From the NCBI RefSeq assembly GCF_001194135.2, contig NC_068987.1, forward strand, positions 3,282,166 through 3,346,165: a stretch of DNA of 64,000 nt, read 5' to 3'. The translations under genes and the position numbers were made by a program. Source of the stretch: Octopus bimaculoides. Taxonomy: Eukaryota. This document shows positions 1-11,890 of the stretch, piece by piece (the first letter of the stretch is position 1; each line of letters opens with the position of its first letter). The notes beneath the pieces are model-generated. The model had not been told where the DNA came from, searched no databases, and saw only the letters and a list, made by a program, of their open reading frames with translations.

Positions 1-56
1 ATGGTGGTGGTGGTGGGGGGGGCAAACAAAGACACACAAATACATATATATGTGTA

Positions 57-220
57 GGCGCAGGCACGGCTGTATGGGAAGAAGCCTGCTTCTCAACCAC
101 ATGGGTCCAAGTTCAATCCCACGGCATGGCACTTTGGACAAGTGTCTTCTTCTATAGCCTTGGGTCGACCAAAGTTTTGTGAGTGGATTTAGTAGACAGA
201 AGCTGAAAGAAGCCCATCGT
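57..220 (+). mobile_element. tRNA-derived SINE family A, 5' part
   Basis: Head ggcgcagg..gctgt..gg..agaagc.tgcttc.caaccacatgg...gttcaatccc followed by body ttgtgagtggattt.gtagac.gaa.ctgaaagaagccc; the same sequence recurs more than 10 times in the window. Confidence 0.8.
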
Positions 221-225
221 GTATC

Positions 226-1655
226 ATCATCATCATCATCGTCGTTTAACGTCCGCTTTCCATGCTAGCATGGGTTGGACGATTTGAGAGTGTAATGGAT
301 GCTTTTACATGCCACTGGCAGGGGTGCCATTTGTGTGACACCACTATCTGTCTCGACTGCGATTTTACTTGGCTTGATGGGTCTTCTTCTCAAACATGAC
401 ACAATGCCAAAGGTCTCAGTCAATGCCACCATGGGACCCAACACTTGAAAGGAACTCAGCCACTTTGCCTACATGGGGCCCAATGCTTGAAAGGTGCTTT
501 TTACATGCCACCAGCATGGGTGCCAGTTACGTGATACCAGCATCAGCCATGATTACAATTTCACTTGGCGTGATGGGTTTTCTCAAGCACAGCACATTGC
601 CAAAGGTCTCGGTCATTGCTTCTGTGAGGCCCAAAGTCCAAAGATCATGATTCACCACCTCATCCCATGTGTTCTTGGATCTACCTCTAACACAAGTTCC
701 CTCCACAGTTACAGATCAGCACTTTCTTACATAGCTGTCCTCGTCCATACACATCACATGACCATACCAGCGCAGTCATCTCTCTTGCACACCACATCTG
801 ATGCCTCTTATGCCCAACTTTTCTCTCAAGATGCTTACACACTGTTGTGCATGCACACTGACATTGCACATCCAGACTAGAACATAATCCATACCACCAA
901 ATATTTTAAGCATCTCAGCGTTGATTCCTGAAGAGCTAGGGGCTTTCCTTGTCTTCATATCCTTAATTGCTTTATCTACCAGGGTACTGTTGTTTTGGGT
1001 AGCTGGTCCCTCAATTGGGTCAACATTTGGCAAACTCTCCTCTTCCCATCCATTCTCCATGTTCAGCAGTCTTTCATAATGGCATTTCCAAGCCTCTTTC
1101 TTTGTAGAATCATTAAATGCAAGTACACTATCATCCATGCAAACACATTTCCCTCCAATGACATCACAATTTTCTCTCACACACTGTCTTGCAATCCGAA
1201 ACACTTCAGCTCCTTGGCCCTCACATTACTGAACATAAGGCAAACTTCTTTTCTGCTACTCCCTTCACTAGATATACCTGTCTCCTAGCTTCCCTTCTGG
1301 CTATCTGATACAGTTCTCTGCTGCCCCCACTCTTCCAGGCCTGTTTCTTTACTCTGATGGCCCTGTCTACAGCATCATTCCACCACCACTTCACTCTAGG
1401 TCTGGATGAGACTTTGCACCAACTGCAGAGTCGGTCTGTGGTACTCAGCAAGCTGTCCCACAGGAATTCCCAGTTGCTCTCTATGTCACAAGTCTGTAGT
1501 TCTTTCTCCCTCTCATCAAATTTCTCAATTAGGATGTCCCTAAATCTCTAACCATATGAACGGTTCTTAAGCTTCCAAATCCTTCTTTTCCAGATTGGTC
1601 TGCTTCTTGGCAGCCTTCTGGCCTGAAGTCTATGCCGGAGCATACATTCTTCATT
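226..1655 (-). mobile_element. RTE-clade LINE remnant (post-endonuclease region fused to RT C-terminus, RT core deleted) with 3' UTR and (GAT)n tail
   Basis: Minus-strand translations include KRRIWKL, VKWWWNDAVDRAIR, AWKCHYERLLNMEN, KAIKDMKTRKAPSSSGINAEMLK and LREKLGIRGIRCGVQER plus a WYGHV-type motif. Frameshifts and stops present; tail at 226-290. Confidence 0.8.
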
Positions 1656-1673
1656 AGGGAGGGGTCTTTGTAT

Positions 1674-1899
1674 TTAACCATTTTGTTACCATATTTAGTT
1701 TGAGATGCTCTGTGTTTCTTTCAACTAATTTAAAATATAACAAAGAATTTAGTAAAATAACTTAGTTATCATTCAGCTAGTGTTAGGAACATAAATTGTG
1801 ACTCAAGTTTGGTGGAAGATTTTAATTCAGAACTTATGAAAACAAGACGTACTACAGAGCCAGAGGCAGCTTCAGGCAGGCTGGTATCAAAAGAGTTAA
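1674..1899. mobile_element. piggyBac-like MITE (TTAA-flanked)
   Basis: ttaaccattttgttacc ... ggtatcaaaagagttaa. A second copy lies in the opposite orientation at 50436-50665. Confidence 0.65.
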
Positions 1900-2120
1900 G
1901 AGCAACCATGCATCCTGCTGTCTGGTGAGAATGTAATCAATCATACACACACACACACATATCAGCAAATGCGTGTTACAGTCTCTTTGCTTTCACATCA
2001 CATGAGTGTAATGTCAAGCAAGCGTTGTCCTGGTGACCTTGATTTCCAATCTCAGAAAACATGTCTGAGCATGGGAAAATGGATGATGATGATGAAGATA
2101 TACATATGTAGATGTATATA

Positions 2121-2489
2121 TTCTTTTACTTGTTTCAGTCATTTGACTGCGGCCATGCTGAAGCACCGCCTTTAGTCAAGCAAATCAACCCCAGGACTTA
2201 TTCTTTGTAAGTCTAGTTATTATTTTATTGGTCTCTTTTGCTGAACCTTTAAGTTACGCAAACACACCAACATCGGTTGTTGAGCAATGGTGGGGGGACA
2301 AACACACACACACACATATATATATGTGCACACAACAGGCTTCTTTCAGTTTCCGTCTACCAAATCCACTCACAAGGTTTTTGTTGATCTGAGGTTATAG
2401 TAGAAGAGACTTGCCCAAGGTGCCATGCAGTGGGACTGAACTCAGAACCATGTGGTTGAGAAGCAAAATTCTTACCACACAGCCACACC

Positions 2490-2492
<3 letters not shown>
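2121..2492 (-). mobile_element. tRNA-derived SINE family A, full length
   Basis: Reverse-complement head at 2335-2492 and tail ttttacttgtttcagtcatttgactgcggccatgctg at 2121-2300. Other copies at about 2815-3005(-), 6965-7179(-), 42220-42365(+), 49361-49525(+), 54365-54540(-), 62390-62545(-). Confidence 0.8.
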
Positions 2493-2537
<45 letters not shown>

Positions 2538-2550
2538 NNNNNNNNNNNNN

Positions 2551-2615
<65 letters not shown>

Positions 2616-4155
2616 TAAATAGAGACAGAGAAATAATATATATGTGTACATATATATTTTCTGTGGCTGGATGTCCCTCCTGTTGCCAACCTTCACCTGT
2701 TTCCAAGCAAGATATTATGGCCAGACATGTTTTCCACAAAAGACTATGAAAGAACATCACTTCTATGATGGTGATGCTCGCTTGCAACCATCATGTGATG
2801 TCGAGACAAGTGTTCACAGGTCTGTACACAAACATACACACATGGCTTCCTTCAGTTTTCATCTTCCAAATCCACTCACAAGCCTTTTGGTCAGCCTGAG
2901 ACTATAGTAGAAGACACTTGGCCAAGGTGCCGTACAGTGGGACTGAACCCAAGACGACATGATTGGGAAGTAGGCTTGTTAACTGCGCACCCACACCTGC
3001 GCCTATACCCAGAAATACACACATACACTTACGTATATGTATGCGTGTGTGCATTACGGGTATATATATACATATATCGTACGTATATATTATAAATATA
3101 TATATATTGTATGTCTATATACTATACATAATTATATGTATGTATGTATACATTATATATATAGAGAGAGATAGATAGATATAATACATACACGCACACA
3201 TATACATATGCGTGTAAATGTAATATGATGTCAGTCGATAGGTATAGACACAGACACACACCTTATAATTATGCATATACAGATTATTGCCATTTGCGTA
3301 GGCGGTATCTGGTGTTCCTCCATAATTTCCCAGTGCGATTGGATCGTGGCCAATCTATACTAAGGATAGAGATAATAACACATATCAAGGATACAGACAG
3401 AATATTATAATCAGTTCTATACGAAAGAAACCATTTGTTGTTGATCTCTGTTTACAAATAAATAGAAAGAATATTTGTTGAAATTTCGACTGAAGACAGT
3501 AGCTGTGATCGTTCGGTCGTCTTTGTTACTTTTATTAATCTACAAGAATTATTTTCGTTATATAAAAGCAAAAATTATTATTATTATTGACATTTTGGAA
3601 ATTTGTGGAAATTTCGATTAACTTCTTTAAAAATAATTATAAAAATCGAACATAGACACCTATGTTGATTTTTTTAAAGAGTAATTTCATCCACTGCCTG
3701 AAAATGAAATGTTATCTTCATCTCACCTATTCTTTGCACTTACCAATCTTCCGCGTTTGTATAAAAAAAATATTATCAACATTATCATCATTATTGTTAT
3801 TATTATTAACTATTATAATGTTGATGGTGGGTGAGTCTCGGGAAAGACATGATTGTCACAGCACAACACCATTTCTTTTAATGTCAGGATCGGTGAAAGA
3901 AACAATTATGATAATTACATATTATGGGAGCGACTTTTGGTTGTAATGAGGGTAAACGATCGTTTAAGCGCTAAATAGAAAGTAGATATATGTGTGTGTG
4001 TATTTATGTTGGAGGTGTTGGTAGTCTCTGGAAATTACCATAGAAGGAAGTGAAAATTCATTTAGCAACTGTTGGATTAAAAAGCAATAAAGGAACGAGA
4101 CAAAATACCGAAAACCTGAAAGGTGTAACGTGTGTGCATATATACATACATATAT

Positions 4156-4269
4156 AATCCTTTTAATCTGTCTGCCCCATCTATGTACATCAGTGATCGC
4201 GCCTATATATATATATATATAGGCGCGATCACGGATGTACATAGATGGGGCAGACAGATTAAAAGGATT
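4156..4269. repeat. 114-bp near-perfect palindrome with (TA)9 centre
   Basis: 48-bp arms at 4156-4203 and 4222-4269 are reverse complements with one mismatch (4192/4233). Confidence 0.95.
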
Positions 4270-4443
4270 CACCGATTTCCTTGTGAAAAGTCTCAAGGTG
4301 AAGATCTAAAGAAAATCGATAACCATAGGTGATGTGGACGGTTTGTGAATGGAAATAACCATATAGATTAAAACTGTCGCTAAATACTTTAAATTTTTGA
4401 ATTATTTTAACTTAGACTAGAAATGAAAATCTAATAATCTTAC

Positions 4444-4745
4444 CAATAAAACGCAATTTTATCGCCCTTTCCATTTTGAATGTGACGGTCCAAGACATTA
4501 TAAGCGACGTTTGTCTTAGCACCTTGCATCCACTTGATGAAGATCGGCCCTGACGTGTGATCAAAGTTATAATCGAGAAATTTACCACTTGGCTGAGATT
4601 CCCAGTGTAAATCTTTGGCAATTTCTCTCCAGAAGGATTCCGGGTCAGAAATGGATTGTTCATACATTTGTTTGTATTGGGCCATGCTGCTGACGTGAGC
4701 TGAACCTTTTAAATGAGATGGGGGAAGGAATTCCTTATTCGCCAT
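4444..4745 (-). CDS. ACSS2: Acetyl-CoA synthetase, cytosolic/nuclear type, first coding exon
   Basis: MANKEFLPPSHLKGSAHVSSMAQYKQMYEQSISDPESFWREIAKDLHW...LDYNFDHTSGPIFIKWMQGAKTNVAYNVLDRHIQNGKGDKIAFYW matches the recalled ACSS2 N-terminus (SAHV..., FW..IA, YNFD, W..GA.TN..YN.LDR, GDK.AFYW). ATG context gctATGG; phase-2 donor TG|gtaaga. No obvious mitochondrial presequence. Next exon not found within 1-4443. Confidence 0.93.
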
Positions 4746-5249
4746 AGCTGCTCCACACAAAGAGATCCGATAAAAGTCTACTTTTTAAATTATTAGTGTC
4801 TTAATAAGATAATTGCGGCTTATACATATACACACGGTTTAACAATAATGATTAATCAAATAACTCGTCTAAGATAAATCAGGCATCATTCACGGTGTAA
4901 ATGAGAAAGCCGGTGTGCAATGGAAAGATGTTGAGTTGTGGCTAAAATAGATAAACAGAAGGAAGAAGAGAAGAGAGAGATGATAGGTGGGGAGATAGAG
5001 CGGGAGGAAGAGAAAGTGAGGGAGAGAGAGGGAAATAATAGGTAGAATAGATAGATGATAGGTAGAGTGAAGAGAGAGAGAGAGAAAGGGAGAGATGGTA
5101 AGCGGAGTGGAGAGAGAGAGAGAGATGATAGGTAGAGTGGGGAGAAAGACAGAGGGATGATACGGAGAGTGGGGAGAGAGAGGGAGAGAAAACTAAGAAG
5201 TGAACATGGTTTTACATTGTTGAAGTAGTGGTGGTGGCGGAGGAACGTG

Positions 5250-5275
5250 TGACGTAGCATCACCCAATGACGTGG
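5250..5275. promoter_or_regulatory. Putative ACSS2 promoter module: CRE half-sites, CCAAT and SRE-like overlap
   Basis: TGACGTA (5250-5256), ATCACCCAAT (5259-5268, contains CCAAT) and TGACGTGG (5268-5275) in a CpG-retaining stretch about 500 bp upstream of the ATG. Confidence 0.45.
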
Positions 5276-6065
5276 GTCTCGCTCAGTTATTTTCTATTCC
5301 CGCCGCTGATTACAGATCTTTAAATTAATAGGCATGAAACGGGATGGAAACTAGATATAAATTTTACCCCTTTGATCATTTACAATCTACGTCTTACACC
5401 TTTACCTTAAACTACATTAGCTTGTTTTTTCTTTTCGTTTTGAATGAAACCAGAATAAAATCCCTTTAAAAAAAAATTACTTTTACTGGATTTCGTCATT
5501 AGACTGTGACCAAACAAGAATAGCAATTTCAAGGGTTTTAATTACATAGTACTGTCACTGTCAGAACATCTACTATCACATTCACCGCAGAATTTATTTT
5601 ATTAGTTACAGAACAGTGAAAGACAAGGTTGAGAAACAAATAATTTGAACTCGAAAACACAAGGGTTGTAACCAAAAGCTTCTGCTCAAAACAGGCCGAC
5701 GGCAAGCAGGTTGTTCGGCGAACAATTAACCTTTTTGCTTTCTGTGTGTGTGACATGATACACATGACTTATTTCTGCATGCGTGTCCATTCATACGATA
5801 CGTATTTCCTTTTTTTTTTTTTTTATCAACCACCAGAGTGATTTGGGGATTTATAACTGTAAAGCTTGATGTTACTCAGAACGTATGAAACAGGTGCTAA
5901 TGTGTGTGTATGTGTGACACACATACATACATCATACATACATACATCATATATACATACATACATACATACATATTATCTTATGGACTGAGATGCAGTG
6001 GGCTCATAGATGAGTGCTTATAGCTTCATCGGAACCCTTGAACATGAAGTGGACTTCTTGTTCAA

Positions 6066-6136
6066 GGCTCCGATGAAGCTATTCAGGCACTCAACTATAA
6101 GTTCACTGCATATCATAGCAGAAACAGCTGTAAGCT
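6066..6136 (+). ncRNA. Degenerate minimal type I hammerhead motif (U4 to C)
   Basis: GGCU-CCGAUGA-A-GCUAU...AUAGC-A-GAAAC-AGCU-GUA-AGCU; palindromic stem III ACAGCUGU. Confidence 0.4.
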
Positions 6137-6213
6137 AATGACGTTGAAAAGATAATCGTTTATTCCTTTATCATTTCATTTTCTTTATACATACATACAT
6201 TATATATATACAC

Positions 6214-6337
<124 letters not shown>

Positions 6338-6391
6338 TGCATCACGTGATGCACAGGATACTTGGCTGATTCTCTAAGATCTCTGTCTGTT

Positions 6392-6429
<38 letters not shown>

Positions 6430-9400
6430 TATAAACCCCACCAGCTGATATAGTGACAACACGTATTACCCGTCATCTAAACTATTTTCATTTCCAATAA
6501 CTATAAATCTGAAAACAAGTATGGACGTTTGGAACAAACTTATGTAAATACCTTGGTTGAGACCTACCTAACTCCGCACATATCTATTGTTATAGATAAA
6601 ATATCTTTTGCTAGTGAAAGACATGATATATCTGCACATTTTGACATGTAGTGGTTTATTTAATTGTATAGGCTGAACCTGTGACAGTTTGTCTGTTGTT
6701 CAGGCTATTTCTGTCCACCCATTGTTTGTCATGCCTGATCCAACAGATTTATATTTCAGTAATAAGTGCCACGTTCTTTTTACGGTGTATTTATGTGAGA
6801 TAAAGTTTATTTTATTGAGTCCACAAATTGCAACAGAAGTGTTAAAGCGGAATTATTTCCGTGAAAACACAAAAGTTTCTCTCCGTAAAATTGTTGCATA
6901 TGCGATACTGACTCGCGCCAGAGATTATTATTAAACTAGACATAACTCTCTCTCTCCCTCTCTCTCTTTTACTTGTTTCAGTCATTTGACTGTGGCCATG
7001 CTGGAGCACCACCTTTAATTGAAGAAATCGACCCCAGGACTTATTCTTTGTAAGCCTAGTACTTCTCTATCAGTATCTTTTGCCGAACCGTTAAGGCTAT
7101 AGAAGACACTTGCCCAAGGTTCCACGCAGTGGGACTGAACCCGGAACCATGTGGTTGGTAAGCAAGCCACTCCTGCGCCTATACATAAGGTCATAAACTA
7201 CAAAATATAAGTATCCACACTTGAAACGTACCTGTTATAGGCGGACGTAAAAAATATGGACCACACCCGATTTCATTTTTTTCTTTTTTTTTTTTTTTGT
7301 ACAGAATTCCCCATTATCGAGTTCGGAGACTGATTCTGCAAAAACAAAAGAAAAAAAAAACAAAAAAAGAGCATTTAAAAATTTTAATCCCCCCACNNNN
7401 NNNNNNTGCAAAAACAAAAGAAAAAAAAAACAAAAAAAGAGCATTTAAAAATTTTAATCCCCCCACCACCTGTTATAAATCTTTATCTCGATTTGAATGT
7501 ACATGAAGGTATTTAGAATAACCAAACTTATTTCTGCAAATGTGCTAAGCACTGATGATGATCAATAGTTTAATCAATAAGTGTAGGACCGAGGTAAATG
7601 CAGTAAAAATAGGGGCGGGGGGTGTCAGTGGGGTCCCATTCAAGCGGCCCTTCGGAAATTGAACTTCTTTACAATACTCCCTGGGAATTCATGGTATGAA
7701 ATTCATTAACATTGCTCTGATCTGGTCGCCAATGCTATGTATTTAGTTTAAAATGCAGTAAAAATAGGGGTTCAGTGGGGCCCCAATTAGGCGGACCCAA
7801 TTAGCCCCATGTCAGCTCCGATCAAGCAGTCCCTGTACATGCAGGTAGTCACCTGAATGATGAGGTACAACTGACAGATCATTCTTCACTGTTCAGCAGT
7901 TTCCTCCAAGCTGAGAATCAATTATGCTACACTCACTGGAAAGCATATAGGAATTGTATGGGTACTGTGTGAGCATCTGGTCATTTTGTATTCTCTCCAC
8001 CATCCAGTCTATTTCTGTACACCCACATTCTGTGAAGAATGGTAAACTACAACCAGTCACAGTGACAGTTGCTGTTACTCTGCTATTGTTGTTGGTGTAC
8101 ATCCCAGCACAGTCTTTAAGGGTCAGTAAGACTATTTCCTTGTCTGTATGTTTGTTTCTTGCACTTGTCTAGTCTGTATTGGAGTGGTAAAGGTAGTAGT
8201 GTTCTAGGGTGTTATATGTGTTAGGGTCTATGGAAGTGGCTTTCCATGTAGTGGCATAGGAAGTTCACCCAAGAACAAAACGTATCCAGTTGGTCTTGCA
8301 TTTTTCTCTGTGGACAACCCATGCTGTCTTAAAGCACGGGCACCCTGGTCAGTTACCCCAAATCCTCAAAAGCCTAGGGGCTCAGTGCAGCGATTTGCCC
8401 AGGGGCATCGCAGATCTAGGGACCCAGTTCTAATCTATGCATGTTGTGGTTTTCTATTGACAAATAAATACTTTAGGGCCCAGTGCATTTATGTGCCAGA
8501 GTCCCAATTCTGATCTGTGTATGCTATGGTTTGCTCTCAATCAATTAATACTATAGGGGCCAGTACATAGATTTGTCCAGGGATTCACAATGCAGCCAAT
8601 ATTTCCCTATCTGCCATTTGTAAGGATGTGGAGTGTTTTTTTTCTTTTGTGTGTTGTTTCTAGTTTACTGAATTTTATAATAGAGCAGTTAGGGAACGTT
8701 AGGGGACACGAGGTGAACATAGTCCATGACAGCTATAATGTATTGTATTGTGGGTGTTTCTTTTTGCTGACAAAAATGCAGCCTATAGGAACACTTAAAT
8801 ATGTTATATGTATATATAAATATATACTGAGCAAAATTGCAGTCATGGCAGATACCAGTGTCACACAAATGGCACCTGTGCCGGTGACATGTAAAAGCAC
8901 CCATTACACTCTCAGAGTGGTTGGTGTTAGGAAGGGCATCCAACTGTAGAAAACCTTGCCAAATCAGACTGGATCCTGGCACAGCCTTCCAGTATGCCAG
9001 CCCCAGTCAAACCATCCAACCCATGCCAGCATGGACAACGGACGTTAAGTGATGATGATGATGATGAAAGCAGAACTGGGCTCCTAGACTTGTGAAACCC
9101 TTGGGCAAATCAATGAACTGAGCCGTATGATATTCATTTGCTAACAGCAAACCACAGCATACATAGATCAGAATAGGTCCAATAGATCCATGAGGCCCCT
9201 AAACAAATCAATGCAGGGGACGCTATTGTATTTATTTATTGATAGCAATCTAGAGCACTTATAGATTAGAATGTATATTCACCAATAGATCAAGCTGTTC
9301 CTGACAATAGGAGACATAAAACAACAATCATCATAGTATATAATGTAATATAATATATACATGTATATGGGTATATATATATGTGTGTGTGTGTGTATAT

Positions 9401-9760
9401 ATATCCATGTTGGTAATTTTGTAATTTTGGCTGAGGACTTGGTGCTGCCACCTACAGTTGCTTTCAAAGTAAGAGAGGGAGAGAAAGAGAGTTTACTAAG
9501 GAATAGAAAAAGGTGAAGATCCCCTTTAAGGGGAGAGAACTGCTTCAGGATTTATAATTTTATTATCATTATTATTATTATTATATTTTTTTTTTTCTTC
9601 TTTCTTCAAGTTTTCTTCCATTTCTCGCCGAGTGTTTTCGGTACACCTAGGGCAGAGAAGTTCATTGTATGCATTCCCAGTTTACACACGCAAATTCACA
9701 GGTAAAATATGTATTTAAAAAAAATTAATAAATAAATAAATTCATGAATGGATGTCGTTC

Positions 9761-10245
9761 TCACAGCGATAATGCTCTTCTCAGTACATGAGTCGTTCCA
9801 GTTAACACAATTTTTTGCACTTCCTGTAGGGATGGTAAGCCTGGTATCATTTTCAAACAGGTTTCAGTACCTTTTTTTTTATCATTCCTAGAGATCCTAC
9901 AATCACTGGTACAGTAGTCGCCTTGAGATGCCACATTTTTTCAATTTCTATTAGCAAGTCTTTATATTTACTGATCTTGTCAAATTCTTTCGCCGCTATA
10001 TTGTGATTGCAAGCAATACTCATGTCATTTAATAAACACATCTTTTTTGTCTGATCTTTTATAATAATATCCGGTTTATTAGCTTTTATAGTTTTGTCGG
10101 TATGTCCGGGGAAGTCCCAGAGAATCGACACATTTTCTCCCTCAGTCACAGCTTCAGGATGGTGTTTATACTATTTGTCAGCAGTTTTGATTTTATAATG
10201 CCGACATATTGTCCAGTATAAATACTGACCGACTCTGTCATGTCT
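9761..10245 (-). mobile_element. R4/Dong-like non-LTR retrotransposon 3' fragment (restriction-like endonuclease domain)
   Basis: RHDRVGQYLYW...ILWDF...ANKPDIIIKD...KEFDKISKYKDLLIEIEKMW...VPVIVGSLG...VQKIVLTGTTHVLRRALSL*. One stop and one frameshift. Confidence 0.8.
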
Positions 10246-10507
10246 AGCTTTATATTCTACAGGTGCTAAGACTCTTATTATTATTATTACTATTATTATT
10301 ATCCTCTTCTTTCAATTCTGTTTCCATTTCTTGTTGGGTGTCTTTCTGACACCTAGGGCAGAGAAATGCACTGCATACATTGGTAAGGTAGGCCATTAGA
10401 ATAAACACACCAGATTGTTCATTTACAAAGTTATGTAATAGAAAAAGGAAAAAAATAAAAAATAAAAAAGGAAACAAAGAAAATAAAAGTGGGGAAGAAA
10501 AGAAAAT

Positions 10508-10632
10508 TCACAGCAACAATGCTCTTCTCAATATGCGTGACATACCAGTTGAGACAATCTTCTGCACTTCCTGCATGGATGGTAAGCCAGAGATGATTCT
10601 TAAATAATTTTCAGTTCCTTTTATTATCCCTA
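10508..10632 (-). mobile_element. Second R4/Dong-like 3' end fragment
   Basis: GIIKGTENYLRIISGLPSMQEVQKIVSTGMSRILRRALLL*, homologous to the C-terminus at 9761-9870. Confidence 0.7.
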
Positions 10633-10981
10633 TTATTATTATTATTATTATTATTATCATTATTATTATTATTATCATTATTATTATGTAGCTACAACTA
10701 TACCTGTTCAGATTGGGTTTACAAAGCAACTGTCTCTGAGACTCTTCTGACCAATCCATAAAGTAAAACTTGTTACTCCACCCACCAAATAACATCCTGT
10801 TCTCATTCACACTTCAATTGTCCATTTCTGCAGATTTTAGTTTACATTGTTTTACTCCAATTGTACTTTTGTGACATTTATTATCATGTTATCTTTATAT
10901 CTATATCAGTCCTAACAGACGCACTATCTTCTGAATACAAGAAAACAAACGCATTCATGGAAACAAAACTATCTTCTTTAA

Positions 10982-11237
10982 TACAGTTCTATATTTAAGA
11001 GATGAGGAATTATTTACATTATTTACATTATCTACATTTGACGGATATTCGTCCTCATCTTGTTTGTTGTTAATAATAATAATAATAATAGTAACATCGA
11101 TAGGAATGAGAACCCAGGTTCGAAATTTCCCCAAGACACCTGACGAAGGCTGGAGGGTATATCAGCCGAAACGTTGTGTTAACAACAAACAAGATGAGGA
11201 CGAATATCCGTCAAATGTAGATAATGTAAATAATGTA
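10982..11237 (+). mobile_element. Penelope-like short element with inverted tail copy and hammerhead
   Basis: Perfect 57-bp inverted repeat (11015-11071 / 11181-11237). The body taggaatgagaacccaggttcgaaatttccccaagacacc is shared with the copies at 12.7 kb and 39.0 kb. Confidence 0.75.
11135..11180 (+). ncRNA. Minimal type I hammerhead ribozyme, core intact
   Basis: Stem I GACAC/GUGUU; CUGACGA plus extra A; stem II GGCUGG/UCAGCC; GAAAC; palindromic AACGUU stem III; predicted cleavage after GUU (11175). Confidence 0.7.
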
Positions 11238-11890
11238 TCTTCTTTAAGTTCACCAACTTTGTACATTATTGTTAATAATAACAATAATGTACAAATTGAA
11301 ACGAATTTGTAAACTGCTTACTCATGCTCTCAGAACTTAATATTTGCCTTCAGAAACTAAGTTGATTTATTATAATTATAAAAAACATTTCACTGCTTTC
11401 TGAAAAAATATCAACTTTTATAGGTCAACACTGAAATTTCTTGGGTTTTATTTTGAAACCTGTTTATCTGACTTAAAAAACTTCGTCGATATATATAATC
11501 CTAATACGTAAATGCATACATCTGGAAAATTGATTGTGAAAAGTTTTGCTGTGAGAAAATTTGCTGTAGAAAAAGTATAAGAAATTTTGCCATATAGAGA
11601 TATTCCCATATAGACAATGATTAAGCATATTATATGAGTGATTTTTCTTTAAGATATAAAAGAATGATAAAAAGATTTATAAAATCATTTCAAAGCCCAT
11701 TTAAAAAGTACCTTTGAATCGTTGGGCGACCTGCCTTGCTTGAGAAAAACTATTGAGTCTAGTAATATCTAAAATCAAAATCACAATCAGAATTTCAATC
11801 AAATTGAAATCATGGCCGATGCCAGTGCTGCCTGACTGGTACCCGTGCTGGTGGCATCCAATAAGCACCATTCTTGAATCATACCGGTGG

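Noticed and set aside
4746-4760. ORF-track start of ACSS2 at 4760
   Set aside because: That codon is TTG; the ATG at 4745 has good context and was used instead.
7337-7466. Exact 60-bp direct duplication
   Set aside because: The copies flank a 10-N gap, the typical unmerged contig overlap; the same pattern occurs at about 40725-40830.
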